Positions 37,531-49,997 of a DNA stretch of 64,000 nucleotides are shown one piece after another (position 1 is the first letter of the stretch; every line of letters begins with the position of its first letter). The translations under genes were made by a program, and so were the position numbers. Origin of the DNA: Gekko japonicus (Eukaryota); contig NW_015168098.1 in assembly GCF_001447785.1 (NCBI RefSeq), forward strand, positions 188,789 through 252,788, written 5' to 3'. The notes under the pieces were generated by a model that saw only the letters and a list, made by a program, of their open reading frames with translations, searched no databases and had not been told where the DNA came from.

Positions 37531-38157
37531 CACCTGAGGTGTGTACCTTAACAAAATATAATGTTTGAAGCCATTTTGAAACACACTCAAGAATTGGAAA
37601 CAATCAATTTTTCCAACTGGGGAGAAGATGACTCTACGAAAGAAGATAATTGTGGGAATTTGAAAGCCTCCGTGGTTACATGTGTTCTGGGTTAGGACTG
37701 TAGTAAGGATGGGAATCGATTGAGATTGAGTGAAATGCGAGCTGAGTCTCACACACAGTGCTGGAAATCCCTCACAAGCTCAGGCTTTGTTGCCCATCAC
37801 ACATTACAAGTATTCTTCAGGATGGGGAATGAAGGAACACTATGCTAGGAGCCCCTGAAGTTCTACACTCCCATATGAGCTTATGTTTTAGGGACAGTGG
37901 CCATGTTAGCCTGCAGTAGAAGAGCTAACTTCGAGCCTAGTAGCACCTTAGAGACCAATATGCTTATGAATTTCTGGTTTGGGATGCCATGAATTTCGTG
38001 GCTAACACGTTTGACAGACAATCTTACAGTATTTGACTGCCATGATCAGACATGAGAGAATCCCCAGGGAGTTTGGTTCAGCCCCAAAGCAGCTAAACAC
38101 CTGCCAAACAGTCTGCATTGGATTTTTCAAATGACGCGTGCCCCAAAACCATGCTGA

Positions 38158-38682
38158 TCTAAACAGATCAGCAGATAAACAAATATAAGGTCAACAGTCG
38201 TGTTAGTCTGACCCGCAATCAACAGTCATACAACTTATAAGAATTGCTGTACATGTATTGTGCTCTGAAGCATTACAATATGATACACAACTTAATAGAA
38301 TTTATAAACCAAGGTACAACGTCGTCTCCGGATTATTTACCAACGTTTCAAAAAATGAATCTTCTTCAGGAAATTTATAGAGGTGCCAAAGCTCTAATTT
38401 TCATAAAAGCTAGACAACAAGTCTTAAGCATATCACGATTCAGTAGGACGCTGATCTCAATTAACACACTGTGTTTTTTTCTGGATCCTAGGCGTCCTTG
38501 GTTTATAAATTCTATTAAGTTGTGTATCATATTGTAATGCTTCAGAGCACAATACATGTACAGCAATTCTTATAAGTCGTATGACTGTTGATTGTGGGTC
38601 AGACTAACACGACTGTTGACCTTATATTTGTTTATCTGTTTTAGGCGTGTGTGTCCAGATTTTTTTCTAAACAGATCAGCAG
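38158..38682 (-). mobile_element. Penelope-like remnant: 143-bp inverted arms, hammerhead-like core in spacer, 17-bp flanking direct repeat
   Basis: Arms 38172-38314 / 38496-38638; tctaaacagatcagcag at 38158-38174 and 38666-38682; minus-strand CTGAAGA...GAAACG at 38369-38344. Confidence 0.7.
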
Positions 38683-39139
38683 CCATTAACGTCGCTAAGG
38701 GCTAATTTGTCAAACACTTACTGGTAAGGGTTTTTAAAAAAAATTAAAAAGCCAGATTTTAAAAAAAATATATATATATTTTTTTTTTTACTATTTTTTC
38801 TGCATGTTTGAACAACTGCCTGCTGGGAAGAGCAGCGGGGAGGTGGGGGTGGGTGGGAAGTGAACTCAACTGGGATGTGAACACAGATGCCAAAAGCCAA
38901 TTCTATTGTACAGGATGGTTAGCAAAGAATACAGCCTACTGAACAGTCAGAACCAGGTCACTGAACAGATGGAAAACTAGATTTGAGTCCCGTCACACCC
39001 TAGAGACCAACAAGTATATAAAGTATAACTCTCAAAAGTGTATTTCCCTTACCCCCTTTCAACTTCTGTATCTCACTTTTTCCTGAGAAAATAATTTAAA
39101 AACCCTTAATAGATGAATAGTCCATATAGTTTGCAACTG

Positions 39140-39495
39140 TTTAGAACACATAAAAGGGAGTACTACTTCACCCAAAGATTAATTAACATGTGGAATTCAC
39201 TGCTGCAGGAAGTGATGGCAGCTACAAACATAGACAGCCTCAAGAGGGGATGGGATAAACATACGGAGCAGACATCCATCAGTGGCTATTTGCCACAAGG
39301 TATAGATGGAATAAACATCTGGGGTAGTGATGCGAAGTATACTTGGTGCTTCGGAGGCAACAGTGGGAGGGCTTCTGGAGTTCTGGCCCCACTGGTGGAC
39401 CTCCTGATGGCATCAGAGTTTTGGTCAATGAGACACAGAATGTTGGACTGAATGGGCCAAAGCCGTGATCCAACATGGCTTCTTTTATGTTCTTA
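39140..39495 (+). mobile_element. CR1 LINE 3' end
   Basis: FRTHKREYYFTQRLINMWNSL...; tail ...atccaacatggcttcttttatgttctt. Confidence 0.8.
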
Positions 39496-39589
39496 ACTGA
39501 TCCAAAACCAGCATGTTTATGCATTACTTCATTTGATATTGCATCTCACTGCATTTTTTTAAAATAGCAGTAGTGTTTTAAGGCAGAAT

Positions 39590-40480
39590 CCACCATGTTA
39601 GCACTATTAATCTGATACATCTGTTGACCAGGTTGCTACCCTAGTGGATTGTGTGAATGCTGTGGATGCCATATAGTTTGATTTCAATGAAACATTTAAC
39701 AGAGGGCTCATGATACTTTGATAAGCAAACTGGTTCAGTGTGGGCTAGATGACCAGGAGTTTTCACAACTGGTTGTAAAAATATTATAGATGTTCTGGTC
39801 ATTAGCCCTTCATAAATTTGCACTGAGATTTTGATCCTGCGAGACTCTTTCCTGGCCATGATATTTAACAATTGTTTTTAATCAAAAACTTGTGTGAATC
39901 CCTTTCAGATCTGCAGATGACACAAATCTAACAAGGACAAGCAGGCAACTCAGAAAACAGAAATACAATTCAAAATGCCTGTGATCGGTTGAGAAGCTGG
40001 GCTGAAACTAAGAGGAATTCAACAGGCAGAAATGCAAAGTGCTGCATTTGGGGGGCTTAGTGTTAGCACAAGTGAATAGAATCCCAGGGCTGCAATCAAC
40101 CTCAAGGTGAACACAAGTTGGCAGTGTGATGCATCTGCAAGTAAAAGTCTAATGCAATACATATGCATCATCAAGTTGCAAGCAACTGACTTATGTTGAC
40201 CCCAGCAAGGGGCTTTCAAGGCAGGTAAAAAGCAGCGATGGTTTGCAGCTGCCTTCCTCTGCAAAGTCTTCCGTGGTGGTGTCCCATCCAAGTTCCAACC
40301 CTCCTTAACTTCTGATGAGGCTGGGCTGTACCATACTGTGCCACATCCTAATACAATTCGATATGTCATCAATTGAGGCATGATGTCCAGATCACAGGAA
40401 ATAACACTTCTGCGCTACTCTATGTGATTAGACTTCATCTGGAGGACAGAGTTCAGTTCCAGGTACCGCACTTTAAGAAA
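39590..40480 (+). mobile_element. Old CR1 RT fragment, interrupted by a 5S-derived SINE at ~40170-40340
   Basis: Degenerate ...gcagatgacacaaa (ADDTK) and aaatgcaaagtgctgcatttggg (KCKVLHLG). Confidence 0.55.
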
Positions 40481-41437
40481 GATTGAGATTCTGGTAGGCC
40501 CATGGTGCATATTTTCTCTTCTATGCTCAGACACTTTGACTTACCAATGCTGTCTTCGAGGCTTCTAGCATTGGCATATTATCTCTTATATAAATAGCTC
40601 TGCCTGGATCAACTCATTCAAATGCTCTATTTCTCCCACTAAGATCTTCCTGCTGTCTCTTCTGTGCGGGATGTTAGATCTGTATCAACCTGAACAAGGG
40701 CTTCCTCCCTCCCCCCCACCAGATCCATGTGGAATGGGCTGCCTAGAACATTTAGAGGACTACATCATCTTCACATCTGTTCAGAATAAGGCTGTAAAGC
40801 GGAGTTCTTTAGGAAGTGCTTTTGTTTCCTCTGGTTTCATCGATGCCCTTTTGACAGGTTATCTGATAACCCCCCCCCCAGTGTTAAATTGTCACTTGAT
40901 ATTTTATTTTATTTTATTGTGATTTGCTGTGATCTCCCCCCCCCCATTTCATTTCAAATAAATAAACAGATTGACTAATCAAAGTGAAGGTGTTCAACAG
41001 GTGAAAGGTATAGAATGAGATAGATGGAATAAATATTAAACAGCTTTTACTACAGATTATGTCTGAGAATACCATGATGCTTTGATTAAAAAAAACACTC
41101 TTTAAAAAGGAAAAATAAAGGATCCTCTGTAATAAAGTAAAAAAAAAACCCATCCATCTGAAGTATATTAAGGATTTTTCACATATGAACATCCATGAAG
41201 ATGCCTTCTACTGAATCAGACCCTGGGCCCATTAGGGTCAGTATTGTCCACTCAGACTGGCAGCAGCTCTCCAGGGTCTCAGGCAGAGGTCCTTCCCTTC
41301 GCCTAAATCCCTATCTTTGTAACTGGAAGTGTCCAGGATTGAACCTGGGACTTTCTGCATGCCAAGCAGATGCTCTACCACTGAGCCACAGTCCCTCCCC
41401 TATAGATTGCTAAAATAATTCACAATTGTGTACCTTT

Positions 41438-41906
41438 TTACAGACTTTTCCCTAATTTGTTTCCTTTGAAAGTAGCCAGAACATTTTCCATAATCATATC
41501 GCAGGTCTTTTGAACGGTCTTTCTCAGGGCCTCCTTGACAGAATCATTCTTCAGAGTGAAGAGGAATGGGTTCAAGAAGGGGCAGACAATGGTGGTCAGA
41601 ACGGCCGGCACCTTGTGGGCATCCAGGGTCTCTTTCTGTGAGGGAGTTACATAGGTGAAGATGGAGATCCCGCTGGAGATAGATATCATTGTGAGGTGTG
41701 TGGCACAGGTGTTGAAGACTTTAATCCGGCTGGTGGTGGTGGGGATGAGCAGAATTGTTGAGATGATACACGCATACGAAATCAGGGTCAGGACCGCTGA
41801 ACCAACGATCACAAGAGAGGACAGCATGAAATCCATTAGTTCAATGAAACGGGTGTCGGTGCACGACAGCTCCAGCAGAGGTCCAGTGTCACAGAAGAAA
41901 TGGTTG
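41438..41906 (-). CDS. Olfactory receptor, 3' half (5' part lies in assembly gap); recent paralog of 49998-50990
   Basis: NHFFCDTGPLLELSC...KVFNTCATH...PFLNPFLFTLKN; open frame up to the gap. Confidence 0.85.
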
Positions 41907-42967
41907 NNNNNNNNNNNNNNNNNNNNNNNNNNNNNNNNNNNNNNNNNNNNNNNNNNNNNNNNNNNNNNNNNNNNNNNNNNNNNNNNNNNNNNNNNNNNNN
42001 NNNNNNNNNNNNNNNNNNNNNNNNNNNNNNNNNNNNNNNNNNNNNNNNNNNNNNNNNNNNNNNNNNNNNNNNNNNNNNNNNNNNNNNNNNNNNNNNNNNN
42101 NNNNNNNNNNNNNNNNNNNNNNNNNNNNNNNNNNNNNNNNNNNNNNNNNNNNNNNNNNNNNNNNNNNNNNNNNNNNNNNNNNNNNNNNNNNNNNNNNNNN
42201 NNNNNNNNNNNNNNNNNNNNNNNNNNNNNNNNNNNNNNNNNNNNNNNNNNNNNNNNNNNNNNNNNNNNNNNNNNNNNNNNNNNNNNNNNNNNNNNNNNNN
42301 NNNNNNNNNNNNNNNNNNNNNNNNNNNNNNNNNNNNNNNNNNNNNNNNNNNNNNNNNNNNNNNNNNNNNNNNNNNNNNNNNNNNNNNNNNNNNNNNNNNN
42401 NNNNNNNNNNNNNNNNNNNNNNNNNNNNNNNNNNNNNNNNNNNNNNNNNNNNNNNNNNNNNNNNNNNNNNNNNNNNNNNNNNNNNNNNNNNNNNNNNNNG
42501 GGTTTGATTCCCCACTTCTCCACTTGCACCTGGCTGGATGACCTTGGGCTAGCTGTAGTTCTGATAAGGAGAGCTTTGGGAAGACATTAGAGAGAGGTTG
42601 CATTGANNNNNNNNNNNNNNNNNNNNNNNNNNNNNNNNNNNNNNNNNNNNNNNNNNNNNNNNNNNNNNNNNNNNNNNNNNNNNNNNNNNNNNNNNNNNNN
42701 NNNNNNNNNNNNNNNNNNNNNNNNNNNNNNNNNNAAACACTTTTCGGGAACTCAACTAATGAGGACTTCTCATTTTGCTTTGCACACTTTACAGCTCCGT
42801 CAGGACGTCTCAAAGAGTAAACATGCCAGGAGCTCAGCCAAAACAATGTCAAGAATAACTACATCAAGATTTTGTATTGTTTTGTATTGTACTCATATCA
42901 TTTACTGGCTTTGCTTATGTTCATATATAATGAATGGATGCTAGTTAATACAGGGGATTTGTTATAA

Positions 42968-43700
42968 ATCCACAGCGAAATGCAGAAAATACTACAATGC
43001 TCAAAATAGCAAATATGAACCAAAATATGTCTAATAGATGTTGGAAATGTAAAAAACATGAAGGCTCATTTTATCATATGTGGTGGACTTGTGAAAAAGC
43101 TGTGGATTTTTGGATAAAAATCCACAGCGAAATGCAGAAAATACTACAATGCTCTTTCAAAAAAGCGCCGGAAATTCTGCTTTTGGGACTAAAAATGGAA
43201 GAAGTCAATGTGGGAAAAAAAACCTTATTCTGGTACTTAATAACGACAGCAAGAATGCTTTATGCACAATATTGGAAACTTGAGAAAGTACCAGAGATTG
43301 AGGACTGGATACAAAAAGTTCTGTTCATGGCAGAAATGGACAAAATTACGAAGAAATTGAACAACAAAGAAGATGAAGAATTTTTGGAAGAATGGAAGGA
43401 CTTTAAGAACTATCTGGAAAAGAACTGGGATGTGAAAAAAAGTTTACTGTGTTTAGAACAATATTAAGCTAAAAGATGTTATCTTTTAAAGAGATAAGAA
43501 ATATGATATCGTTAATTATGGAAATATATAAAAAGGTGGGGAAAGGGGTGAAAGCATTGCGGGAAGCCACAGGAGGGGGGAAGGAGTATAGACTGTAGGG
43601 GGAACAATTTTTTTTAATGTATTTTTATTTTTAAAGAACTATTGGCTAAATATTGATTACCTACAACTGAAAAATAATAAAAACTTTGTTTACCAAAAAA
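42968..43700 (+). mobile_element. L1-clade LINE 3' fragment with ~119-bp target duplication
   Basis: CWKC...HMWWTC zinc knuckle, poly(A); flanking repeats at 42866-42967 and 43699-43817; single-copy empty site at 53940-54058. Confidence 0.88.
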
Positions 43701-44949
43701 GATTTTGTATTGTTTTGTATTGTACTCATATTATCATTTACTGGCTTTGCTTATGTTCATGAAATGTACTTCATATATAATGAATGGATGCTAGTTAATA
43801 CAGGAAATTTGTTATAAGGAGATTTGTTATAATTATACAACTAAGTGTGTTAAAGATATAGAAGAATAATTTTCTTTGGTGTGCCCTATTTTTCCTATTG
43901 TAGTTCTGATAAGAGCTTTCCTTGAAACAGAGCAGTTTCTGTCAGAACTCTCTCAGCCCCATCTACCTCACAGGGTGTCTGTTGTGGGGAGGGGAAGGGA
44001 AAGGAGTTTGTAAGCCACTCTGAGACACCTTTGGGTAGTGAAGGGCGGGGTGTAAATCCAATCTCCTTCTCCTCCTCTTTTTCTTATTTCATTTTTAAGG
44101 ATTTTTTGAATTTTTTGACATGTGAACATAGGCTACATCAAGACATGAATATGCAATATTAAGGATGCCCGAATAGTCACATTTTAAACGTGAGTTGAGG
44201 TTGTGAGAATGCAGAATGCTGCATTAGCTGAGAGCAGAACAATACTTACATGGCAGACCAGGTGACATTTAAATCCATTTACCTCATCCTTATATCCTTA
44301 TTCTTCCATGCTGCCTTCTCTCTCGAATATTTAAGAGTTGCATTCCTTTACCTTGATCCCACAAAAATGGAGAAAAAATATGTGAAATCGGCTGAATTAA
44401 CAGAATGTAGTCCATCTAATGGATGGAAGACAGACTCCCTCCCTNNNNNNNNNNNNNNNNNNNNNNNNNNNNNNNNNNNNNNNNNNNNNNNNNNNNNNNN
44501 NNNNNNNNNNNNNNNNNNNNNNNNNNNNNNNNNNNNNNNNNNNNNNNNNNNNNNNNNNNNNNNNNNNNNNNNNNNNNNNNNNNNNNNNNNNNNNNNNNNN
44601 NNNNNNNNNNNNNNNNNNNNNNNNNNNNNNNNNNNNNNNNNNNNNNNNNNNNNNNNNNNNNNNNNNNNNNNNNNNNNNNNNNNNNNNNNNNNNNNNNNNN
44701 NNNNNNNNNNNNNNNNNNNNNNNNNNNNNNNNNNNNNNNNNNNNNNNNNNNNNNNNNNNNNNNNNNNNNNNNNNNNNNNNNNNNNNNNNNNNNNNNNNNN
44801 NNNNNNNNNNNNNNNNNNNNNNNNNNNNNNNNNNNNNNNNNNNNNNNNNNNNNNNNNNNNNNNNNNNNNNNNNNNNNNNNNNNNNNNNNNNNNNNNNNNN
44901 NNNNNNNNNNNNNNNNNNNNNNNNNNNNNNNNNNNNNNNNNNNNNNNNN

Positions 44950-45010
44950 CTTCCTTCCTTCCTTCCTTCCTTCCTTCCTTCCTTCCTTCCTTCCTTCCTT
45001 CCTTCCTTCC
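44950..45010. repeat. (CCTT)n microsatellite next to a gap
   Basis: Directly visible. Confidence 0.9.
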
Positions 45011-45059
45011 TCCTCTGACCTATATGTCTTAGGTAGTTTTAGTCAAACATGGCTGGGAA

Positions 45060-46000
45060 TACGAGAAAGAAACGAAGAATTCGCGCCAGAGAGCTATAAA
45101 GCCACATAAGCTGCGAAACAGCTGTTTTCCTGTATGTTGCCTGAACTCTCATGGTCTGGACTGAAAATGTCGCTAAACTGAGTCAATGTTCTACTCTCAA
45201 ATCTGCTAATAACTTTGGAACTAAAATATCAGCTGAAGACTCTGACCACTGTAGCATCAGAGGTTTAATCCAGTTCTGTCCCTCACTGTCGTACCAGGGG
45301 CACTCACATAAAACATAGCTTACAGATTCGATAACACCCAAGCCACAGCCACAGTATCTATCTGGGAAAGGTATGCCCAACAAGCGGCCTTCGGAAACTG
45401 AAGAGGGTAGTGCTTTTCGTCTTGAGAGCATAATTGCTCGCCCATACTTTGGGACTGTTAAGATGAACAAATAGATAGGAATTGTGAAGCTTGGAGGAAT
45501 CCCAATATAAAGGGAAGAACAAACCCTCCTAACTCTGCATATAGTACTCTTTACAGCTATCTTCATACTTTTTAAAATGATTTTACAAGCTGAAGGCCAT
45601 CCTAGAGAAGCAATTACATTTTCTGGGCATTGCATGACATTCAGTTCTTCTTCTGTTCCTTGTTTCCACCCACCAGAGAAATTATCATGCTTCATATAGA
45701 ACAGGAGGCTGTTATTCTCGGGGGGGGGGATATTTCAAGTCTCATGTGCAGAGCCAAAATCCAGGCTCTAGCTTTGATGGAGTGTTGGCCCACTTCTAAC
45801 CTGAGGATGGTACCTGCTATATATTTCAGTACTCCACAGATCTAATGTAAGAACTGTGTTAACAGTCGATCTTTGGTTTTATCTGTTTTATGCATCCAGA
45901 CTGCTGCTCCATATAATATTTGAGGTATCATCTTGGTGTTGAAAACTGTAATTGCAGCTGGCAGTTTTTGTCCACCTAAAGGCAGTCTAAACCACCATTT
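45060..46000 (-). mobile_element. Decayed non-LTR retrotransposon (RTEX-like) ORF 3' part; paralog at ~54325-55640
   Basis: LPSSVSEGRLLGIPFPDRYCGCGLGVIESVSYVLCECPWY zinc-knuckle-like motif; PQILYGAAVW. Confidence 0.5.
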
Positions 46001-47149
46001 GTTNNNNNNNNNNNNNNNNNNNNNNNNNNNNNNNNNNNNNNNNNNNNNNNNNNNNNNNNNNNNNNNNNNNNNNNNNNNNNNNNNNNNNNNNNNNNNNNNN
46101 NNNNNNNNNNNNNNNNNNNNNNNNNNNNNNNNNNNNNNNNNNNNNNNNNNNNNNNNNNNNNNNNNNNNNNNNNNNNNNNNNNNNNNNNNNNNNNNNNNNN
46201 NNNNNNNNNNNNNNNNNNNNNNCAAAAGGGTTGCTTGCAATCACACCCTATCCTTAAAATACAGATTTTCCATACAAACAGATACCCAGTCTTTCGCGAG
46301 CCTATGAAAAGCAGGTACAGACAGCATGCATAGGCAGAGAATTCTGAGCAGTAACAAACTTCCACCTTGACATTATACTTACCACTCAGCAGAAGAAACT
46401 GTTCTGGATGTATTGGCATTGTTAAATGAGAGGGATGCCTATGGTTTTAAAGGTACGATAACTCAGTGAATACTGTTCTTCACATTCTATGGTAGTAGAC
46501 TTTGGGGGAATGTTGGCGTTCCGGGGGGGGGCGTTCTTCACATTCTATGGTAGTAGACTTCTGGGGGAATGTTGGCGTTCCGGGGGGGGGGCTCTTTTAT
46601 AATCACACAGGGTGCACCTCTGAGATTAAGTTATATTTCTTTCCCCAAAGAATACAGAAATGTATTACTGGTCCAAAACCATTAGTCTGGTACCAGGGAT
46701 TGGATCCCACCAGAATACTTTGACTAATAACCGGCTAAATGAAATACATCTCACTCTGTAGGGTAAGTTGCACAAAATATTCAACCTATGGTTAAAGAAT
46801 TGCATTCATACTCTTTATTTAACGTGTGTTACTTTTTATTGAACTGTGTATCATACCCTGTCTTAAAGACCAAAAGAGTAATTTACATTAAGGGGAGGGG
46901 GGGCAAAACAAGTGTCTGACAATATTTTGCTACTTATTATTTAAATTGCCCTTCTTCTAGGCAGCTTGGCATGACCTCCATTGTCTGCGCACACCCCCTT
47001 ATTATTTTCACAACAGACTTGCAGAGTATGTTAGGCTGAGATATGGCTGATGGCCCAAAGACACCCACTTTGCTTCATAGCAGGTCCCCTCAGTCCTGCT
47101 CAGATACTTTGATCACTTTACCCTATTGGCTCTCTTCTCGGTTTTGGTC

Positions 47150-47335
47150 TTGGTTTTGTGCCATCAAGTCACAGCTGACTTACAGCAACCCTGCGGGGTT
47201 TTCAAGGAAAGAGACGTTCAGAGGTGGTTTTGCCACTGCCTGCCTCTGTATAACAACTCTGGACTTCCTTGGTGGTCTCCCAGCCAAATACTGACCAGGA
47301 CTGACCCTGCTTAGCTTCTGAGATCTGATGAGATT
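47150..47335 (-). mobile_element. 5S-derived SINE; paralog at 56780-57205 carries an extra ~240-bp insert with a (gtt)n tail
   Basis: ggtggtctcccagccaaatactgaccaggactgaccctgcttagcttctgagatctga. Confidence 0.75.
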
Positions 47336-48049
47336 GAGCTTCTCTTCTCTTCTTTGCTCTGTTCTGTATGCTGAACATAATAATGGCCTACAGCAGGGGT
47401 GGCCAAACTTGCTTACACAAACAACTAGTACACACACGTTTTTATTGGAATACATGCAAATTTGCTCTGTACTAACATTAAATGAGACTGCCGAAAATAA
47501 AAACAAAAGGGGTAAAAACAGATATTGATAATTATATTTATTTGTCCCATGATATTTGTTTGTTTGCTAATGATATTTATTTGTCTAAGAGAGAGAGGTG
47601 GAAAGAANNNNNNNNNNNNNNNNNNNNNNNNNNNNNNNNNNNNNNNNNNNNNNNNNNNNNNNNNNNNNNNNNNNNNNNNNNNNNNNNNNNNNNNNNNNNN
47701 NNNNNNNNNNNNNNNNNNNNNNNNNNNNNNNNNNNNNNNNNNNNNNNNNNNNNNNNNNNNNNNNNNNNNNNNNNNNNNNNNGTAAATAGATGGGGAGGGA
47801 GGGAGGCAGAGAGAGGGAGATCCAATAGATGAGGGAGGACAGAAGGAAGGAAGGAAGGAAGAGAAAGAGAAAGGTGGAAAGAATGAAAGAGGGGGAAAGA
47901 AAGAAGGAAAGGGAGAAAGAGAGAAAGAAACAAAGAACGCAAATAAATGGGGTAGGGGGGAGGAAGAGAGAAAAAGAGAGAGAGAGAGGAAGCAAGGAAG
48001 GAAGGAAGGAAGCAAGGAAGGAAGGAAGGAAGGAAGGAAGGAAGGAAGG

Positions 48050-49744
48050 TGTTAGGGAACAAGCCTGATATTTGTTTTATGGACTGCTTATTCCTACACA
48101 ATGGACTGTGCACATACACATAGGCTCACAGAACTGTACCCTTTAGGTCACCTGTTATGATGACACACATAGAGGGCGCCTGCACATACCTTACATGTAA
48201 ATAAGGTTTCAGCAATACAGTTGCCCAGCCTGGTGAAGAAGCACAAATCTCCATTATTGTGAGCAATGAAACAACAACTTTGGGAAGAAACAGCCACCAT
48301 AGCAAAACTACTTGTGGTCACGTATCACCCATCAACTGCTTTGTTCCTGAGCTGGCATTTCCTGCCAGATGGACATTTGGTTATCAATGGAACTGGCCAA
48401 CTTCATCAGCACAACAATGAAGCATCCTGACGCCTGGATTTTCACACCTGTCCAGATGCCAATACTTCGAGTAAGGTTTTAGGTTACAATATTGGCCATC
48501 CCTCCTGGGTAACCTCCCCTCCCTACCTGCAACCCATAGGATTGTTTTTGGTATGGACTAACAGGTAGGTGGGTCAAGAGGTTGGCACAGTTACCACCCA
48601 TCTCTTGAACCCACTAGAAAAGGAGAGAACCAGTTACCTGGCCCCTCCTACCTGGCTAGATAGCATCTCCCCCGTAACAACCCCTGTCTGCTTTTGCCCC
48701 TCTTAAGTCCCACTTGCTATCCCCAACCCTTGCCTCTACTATTGATCTCTTGATCTGCAGTCAAGAGACCCACACGTTCCGGCTGGTTCTGGTAGTGTGG
48801 ATTCCCTTTGTTTTCCATTTCTTCCCATCCATTCTTCCTTGGAACAACCAAGCTTCAAGACAGATAAGTATTGCCCACCATCACCCCTACCTGCTAATGC
48901 AACTGTGCTTATTTCCTACTGTAATTCTTAGGAACTTGATTGAATGTGTGAGTGCATCAGTATTGTTTTATGAGACATATTTCTAGTAAAAGACATCTAT
49001 TTTAACTACAACAGCTTCGTAATCCTTTACTGGTAACCCTTGGTGGGATCAGGACCTTGGTATAAATTGGCAAGAACCCATTTATACATTGCCAATTGCT
49101 GTAAATAAAGCTATTCGGCTAAAAGGAATTGGAGGCACCGCTGGGATTGCCTTGCGCGTGTGACGGTCAGCGAGTCAACACACTGTCTCTCGGATGTGCA
49201 GACGTAGAGGAATCGTTCCCTCCGGGGACCAGTGAAGGTTGTGTGAAAGGTTGCTGTCTACGTGCCTGGCTCTAGCAGAGCACTCTATTGTGTTTGGGTA
49301 TCTTTGTCTCTTTCTGTCCTGAAAGCCTTAGAGCAACTCTGCCCCGTGCTTCCGGTCTATCGTGGGTGGGCGACGAGATGAATAGTGTAGGACGATACGT
49401 TAGCCCACAGTTGCACCAAGCACTGCATACACACACGCACACACCCCAAGCTTCCCTGAGGGCGAGGCTGCACTCAAAAAGGGAAATTCTAGCTCTTAGG
49501 TTGGCTTTGCAAACAAAGCGACGCCGTGGTAGAGGTCCCCACATCAGAAACATTGTCTGGAAACCTCCAAATCAAGTTAGAGGTAACCTCGCCTAAGGGT
49601 AGGAACCACAATCCTCGACAGCTAGTTAGCGGTTACCCAGTCAGAGAAGTGTGGCCTTGGCCCCCTGCACTCTCAAAACCTGCACCCTGGTTCAAGATGC
49701 ACCTTGGGTGGGAGGGAGAGACCCCTGCCCTAAACTCAGGCTCC
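48050..49744 (+). mobile_element. ERV 5' end: LTR (~48050-49088), tRNA-Thr PBS (49130-49147), leader; truncated
   Basis: Starts TGTTAGG directly after (GGAA)n; candidate LTR end TTATACA; TGGAGGCACCGCTGGGAT is complementary to the vertebrate tRNA-Thr(AGU) 3' end as I recall it. Confidence 0.7.
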
Positions 49745-49997
49745 ATGAACATCCATGAAGCTGCCTTATACTGAATCAGACCCTGGGCCCATCAAGGTCA
49801 GTATTGTCCACTCAGACTGGCAGCAGCTCTCCAGGGTCTCAGGCAGAGGTCCTTCCCTTCACCTAAATCCCTATCTTTGTAACTGGAAGTGTCCAGGATT
49901 GAACCTGGGACTTTCTGCATGCCAAGCAAGTGCTCAACCACTGAGCCACAGTTCCTACCCTATAGATTGCTAAAATAATTCACAATTGTGTACCTTT

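Larger units (their letters stand above)
41184..48049. repeat. Tandem segmental duplication, unit 1 (paralog of 49745-~57960)
   Basis: Collinear SINE, OR, flank, LINE fragment, 5S SINE, hAT start and GA-rich tract in both units, at a few percent divergence. Confidence 0.9.

Noticed and set aside
38244-38566. Two opposite-strand ORFs with identical N-termini (MLYMYCALKHYN...)
   Set aside because: Artifact of the inverted repeat; non-ATG starts.
41655-48119. Long ORFs full of X or LPSF/EGRK repeats (also 55621-58472 and 60398-60663)
   Set aside because: Produced by N-gaps and (CCTT)/(GGAA) simple repeats.
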